55,341 bases of DNA from a virus (lineage: Duplodnaviria > Caudoviricetes): positions 1 through 55,341 of IMG/VR virus record IMGVR_UViG_3300042887_003034, one strand, 5' to 3'. The translations under genes were made by a program, and so were the position numbers. Shown one piece after another: positions 51,561-55,341 of this stretch. Under the pieces are notes generated by a model. It was not told the origin of the DNA, made no database searches, and worked only from the letters and a program-made list of their open reading frames with translations. The stretch's first letter is position 1, and each line of letters begins with the position of its first letter.

Positions 51561-53254
51561 TGCCTGTTGATCGTTATCAAAATTCAACCAATTACGAACA
51601 TCCGCAGGAGAGCAATCTTCTAAATATTCATAGGACCATGCAGTACAACAGCCAGGGGCAACCTGTGGCTCGTGTGCATGTTGACGGTATTACATTAGAA
51701 GGTGATGTTATTGTTGATACTGTAAATTTAAGCACATCAACACTAGCTGCATTGGAAACAATAAATGTTGTACAAAGTTCCACACCTTGGGTTATTACAG
51801 GGTCGGTGATAGTTAGTAACTTTCCAACCACCTCCACAGTGTTCCAAGGTACAACACCTTGGGTAGTAACTGGTAATGTAACAGCAACTATCGCAGGTAC
51901 AGTCTCTGCCAGTATAGAGGGTGAAGTTAGTGTAGCAGAAATGAATCCTGACGCATTTGGTCGTCAGCGTGTCAGTGAACTGTTTACACTTGGCGACTAC
52001 AAGCACATCTATGCCATAGATCCAAACTTCCTTGACAGCACTGCTAATGGTGGTACAGTGACATTTGATGCAAATCAAGCCGCAGCCGTGTTGGCTACTT
52101 CTTCTAACACAGGCAGTTATGCTATACATCAAACTAAATTCTATCATCACTATCAGCCAGGCAAAAGTCAACTTATCTATAGTTCAGTAAACTTTCGTGC
52201 TCCACATCGTAATGTTACCAAGCGCACAGGATACTTTGATGATAGAGATGGCATCTATTTTGAACAAGTAGGCAGCGACACAGCGGATGGTACAACGGTA
52301 AGCACCAGCACACAAACACTAAACTGGGTCATAAGAACTTATGTAGGCGGTAGTGCTAGTGAAGCAACTTTCAACACAACTGTTAATGGATTGGCCTATA
52401 CTTACAAACGCCGTGTGCCGCAGAGTGAATGGAACATAGATCCCTGCGATGGCACAGGCCCTAGTGGTTTTAAATTAGATATTACTAAAACGCACCTATG
52501 CTGGATCGATTTTCAATGGTTAGGTGTTGGTCGTGTTCGCTGTGGATTTGTTCACAACGGAGCATTGATAACAGCACACGAATACTATCACAGCAATATT
52601 CTGCCCACTGTTTACATGAGCAATCCCAACTTGCCTGTACGCTGTGAAATACGCAACACTGGAACAACACCCGGCGGAGCATTTGATCAAATTTGTGCAA
52701 GTGTAATGAGCGAAGGCGGCTATGTGGAGTCGGGCATTGATTGGAGTGTCTTCAGTACAAACCGTGCTACTCCTACTCCGGGACAGACACGCTTTCCTTT
52801 GATTGCCATTAGATTGAAAAACACTTTCCAGGATTATCCTAATAGATTAAGTGTGCGCCCATTGAGTCTTGGCTTATTTGCCAAAACAGAACCCATTGTC
52901 TATGAAGTTGTTAAACTGACTAGTACGGCTAGTTTAAGCACTACAGCACCTGGCGGGCTAGTATGGACCAGTGCCAACGACAACAGTGGAGTTGAATACT
53001 GTGTAAATGCCACAGGATTTACTGCTGCTGATGTTGATAGATTTGCTTCTGGATATGTTCCGTCTGGCTCAAGCCAAAACAGTCTAAGTCCAGTGGCCAC
53101 AGGCCCGCTTACTGCGGCAAAGAAAAACATTATCAGTCAAAACATTGACAGCACCGACAGTGAAGTGTTTGTGGTCATTGTTAGCACTATATTTGCCGGC
53201 AATCAGTTGACCGCAGATGTAGCCTGTGCTATACAATGGCGAGAGATTTATTAA
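51560..53254 (+). CDS. Putative virion structural protein
   Basis: DAFGRQRVS, YQPGKS and WLGVGRVRCG motifs, recalled from phage virion proteins. Confidence 0.6.
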   Translation: MPVDRYQNSTNYEHPQESNLLNIHRTMQYNSQGQPVARVHVDGITLEGDVIVDTVNLSTSTLAALETINVVQSSTPWVITGSVIVSNFPTTSTVFQGTTPWVVTGNVTATIAGTVSASIEGEVSVAEMNPDAFGRQRVSELFTLGDYKHIYAIDPNFLDSTANGGTVTFDANQAAAVLATSSNTGSYAIHQTKFYHHYQPGKSQLIYSSVNFRAPHRNVTKRTGYFDDRDGIYFEQVGSDTADGTTVSTSTQTLNWVIRTYVGGSASEATFNTTVNGLAYTYKRRVPQSEWNIDPCDGTGPSGFKLDITKTHLCWIDFQWLGVGRVRCGFVHNGALITAHEYYHSNILPTVYMSNPNLPVRCEIRNTGTTPGGAFDQICASVMSEGGYVESGIDWSVFSTNRATPTPGQTRFPLIAIRLKNTFQDYPNRLSVRPLSLGLFAKTEPIVYEVVKLTSTASLSTTAPGGLVWTSANDNSGVEYCVNATGFTAADVDRFASGYVPSGSSQNSLSPVATGPLTAAKKNIISQNIDSTDSEVFVVIVSTIFAGNQLTADVACAIQWREIY

Positions 53255-53269
53255 GAGATAAGTAACATT

Positions 53270-53707
53270 ATGAAAAAACTATTATTAACCCTATTATTAG
53301 CAGCCTCGGCATTACCTGCCCTGGCACAAAAGACACCACAAGGTGCAACATATGACGCACAGATCGTCCGTGTAAGCGACGGTGATACTATTGTGATCGC
53401 AGCACCTTTCCTGCCAGCACCATTAAAGCCAGAATTGGCCGTGCGTATCTTCGGTGTTGACACACCCGAAAAAGGCCACCGTGCAAAATGTAATAGTGAA
53501 GCACAAAGAGGAGAGCAGGCTACACAATTTACAAAAAACATGATTTCTAAAGGACAAAAATTTCAAGTAATCTTGTATGGATGGGATAAGTTTGGTGGTC
53601 GTGTACTAGGAGACATTCTTGTAAATGGACAAAGTGTTCGTCAAGGTTTAATTGCAAACGGTCTTGCTAGAGAGTATTACGGCGAAGCAAAAACTAGTTG
53701 GTGTTAA
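53270..53707 (+). CDS. Thermonuclease (SNase-like) with signal peptide
   Basis: DGDT, VRIFGVDTPE, DKFGGRVLG and LIANGLA. Confidence 0.88.
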   Translation: MKKLLLTLLLAASALPALAQKTPQGATYDAQIVRVSDGDTIVIAAPFLPAPLKPELAVRIFGVDTPEKGHRAKCNSEAQRGEQATQFTKNMISKGQKFQVILYGWDKFGGRVLGDILVNGQSVRQGLIANGLAREYYGEAKTSWC

Positions 53708-53708
53708 A

Positions 53709-54089
53709 ATGAAAATTTTTGAACTTATTAACGAATCTATAAGTTCGAGAGAACTTGATCAAGTTGAGCAATTTGCTGATCAGTTGTGGGCAAAATTAGG
53801 AATTGATGTAGAATTTACCAGACACTTTCTAGATAGAGTAAATGATGAAAGAAATGGAAAACCAATTACTGTAGATGAATTAGTTTCTCTGTTTCAAAAA
53901 GAATTTAAAGTTAATGGAATGCAAATCTCTAACATGCGTAAACCAGAAGCAGTATTAAAAGATCTATTAACAAATATCAATATACCATTTGTTTTAAAAA
54001 ATTACGGAGATAAAAAACAGTTAGTTGGCAAAACTGTTATGCGTAAAAAGAATTTTATGAGTCCTGATCCTGCCTATGTGGTCAAATAA
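53709..54089 (+). CDS. Hypothetical phage protein (FTRHFLDRVND...KTVMRK)
   Basis: ORF starting MKIFELINE. Confidence 0.65.
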   Translation: MKIFELINESISSRELDQVEQFADQLWAKLGIDVEFTRHFLDRVNDERNGKPITVDELVSLFQKEFKVNGMQISNMRKPEAVLKDLLTNINIPFVLKNYGDKKQLVGKTVMRKKNFMSPDPAYVVK

Positions 54090-54237
54090 AAACTCAAAGA
54101 ATGATTTAGGATGGAAGTTCCACCTTTATCATATTTGTTGGACAGTAGGATTAATTTCATTATTCTTTATTTTTAATTGGTGGCTGGCTTTTATAATTTT
54201 AGGAATTTTATCTTTATACTTTGTATGGAGATATTAA
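54076..54237 (+). CDS. Small membrane protein
   Basis: Translated by hand: 53 aa with two hydrophobic stretches. Confidence 0.45.
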   Translation: MWSNKNSKNDLGWKFHLYHICWTVGLISLFFIFNWWLAFIILGILSLYFVWRY

Positions 54238-54330
54238 GAACCCCACCTTAGGGCCGGGTGTCGCTACGGTAACAGGCGTCCGCGAAATTTCACTGCACCG
54301 CGTAGTGTGCCCCGTATAAAGTAAGCGGGT
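54238..54330 (+). ncRNA. Candidate structured RNA
   Basis: GC-rich intergenic island in AT-rich context with several possible stems (CCCG..CGGG, CAC..GTG). Confidence 0.4.
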
Positions 54331-54340
54331 TAAATACATT

Positions 54341-54883
54341 ATGCGATTCTACGAATTCAAACTACCAAAAGATCAATGGGTATTAGACATCTCTAATGAT
54401 GCCAAACAAGATGTCGGTGATGAATTAGTGAGCTTAGTTCAAACAGCTTACAGTAAAACTCCGCAGGGCAGTTTTGTAAACAGTATTAAAGATGTAATTC
54501 CCAGCGGCTGGAATATAATAGATTTTGATGAAGATCCTGATGTTGATAGTTGTATTTTTTATAGAGGACCTCGTAGTAATGAATCGTGGCAAGGGCATAA
54601 AATTCAAGGATTAGGACACGATGGATCTCGTGCTAGTAAAGACAAAGCAATAGGTAAAATACGCGATCTTCTAGGATCGTCAGGTTGGTGGATTGAAAGT
54701 AGTGATGCTATGAGAGCAGTGTTAAAAAAATTAAATGTGCCTGCAATAACAGATGAAGAAACACTACGCAAATTGTTTAATGATCCTAATTTAAAAATGA
54801 TAGATGATGATACTTACACAAGAAAATTATCTACCGGTAGTCAGGTGTCAGAAACAGTGTTTGGTAATCCAATATTAAAATGA
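54341..54883 (+). CDS. Hypothetical protein
   Basis: ORF after TAAATA. Confidence 0.7.
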   Translation: MRFYEFKLPKDQWVLDISNDAKQDVGDELVSLVQTAYSKTPQGSFVNSIKDVIPSGWNIIDFDEDPDVDSCIFYRGPRSNESWQGHKIQGLGHDGSRASKDKAIGKIRDLLGSSGWWIESSDAMRAVLKKLNVPAITDEETLRKLFNDPNLKMIDDDTYTRKLSTGSQVSETVFGNPILK

Positions 54884-55341
54884 TAACATTATTAGCTATA
54901 ATTTTATTCACACATATTACTATTGTATGCGTTACACTATTTTTACATAGAGGACAAGCGCACAGAGGTATTGTGTTTCATCCTATACTAAGTCACTTTA
55001 TGCGAGCCTGGCTATGGCTTACTACAGGAATGAATACCAAAGCATGGGTCGCTATACACCGCAAACATCATAGGTTTTGCGAAGAAAAAGATGACCCTCA
55101 TAGTCCTTGGATATATGGACTGTGGCGTGTTGTTTTTGGAGGCGCATTCTTGTATGCTGTTGCTGCAAAAGATAAAAAAATGATTGAACAATACGGAGTC
55201 GGTACTCCTAATGACTGGATTGAAAGACGAATTTACACCCCACATCCATGGCTTGGTATAGTTTTAATGCTGATCATAGATCTTGTTCTTTTTGGATGGT
55301 GGGGGTTTTTAATTTGGGGTATACAAATGATATGGATACCT
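54880..55341 (+). CDS. Membrane fatty acid (acyl-CoA delta-9, DesA-type) desaturase, partial
   Basis: Hand translation MITLLAII...LFLHRGQAH...WVAIHRKHHRF..EKDDPHSP shows His boxes; runs off window end. Confidence 0.88.
   Translation, partial: MITLLAIILFTHITIVCVTLFLHRGQAHRGIVFHPILSHFMRAWLWLTTGMNTKAWVAIHRKHHRFCEEKDDPHSPWIYGLWRVVFGGAFLYAVAAKDKKMIEQYGVGTPNDWIERRIYTPHPWLGIVLMLIIDLVLFGWWGFLIWGIQMIWIP

Overview
This is a fragment of a large T4-like (jumbo) dsDNA phage genome. The host is probably a Beta/Gammaproteobacterium, inferred from the iscU/iscA/erpA, yqgE, infA and DesA-type desaturase homologs. There are three zones. (1) 1-3.4 kb is AT-rich and carries a primase C-terminus, a gp41/DnaB-like helicase, YqgE/AlgH, a HAD deoxyribonucleotidase and a 2OG-Fe(II) oxygenase. 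(2) ~3.65-28.7 kb is a visibly GC-richer island of about 80 small, almost all minus-strand genes in about 50 cassettes. Each cassette is headed by a related sigma70 promoter + RBS repeat (TTGACAGGGTCTTTG..TATACT..AGGAG). The island also holds a second, orientation-independent 31-bp element, duplicated cassettes and three tRNAs, and it is bracketed by helically phased tandem repeats. (3) 29.5-55.3 kb is AT-rich and carries glycosyltransferases, Thr-rich virion proteins, a four-gene radical SAM run plus a split GT-radical SAM fusion, a SleB-like hydrolase, Fe-S assembly genes, DNA ligase, IF-1, HNH nucleases, a collagen-like fibre, a thermonuclease and a fatty acid desaturase. iscU carries an in-frame Gly-TAG-Pro-Gly insertion reminiscent of T4 gene 60 bypassing, and an HNH element has inserted at its 5' end. 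All calls come from reading the sequence by eye; no database searches were run.
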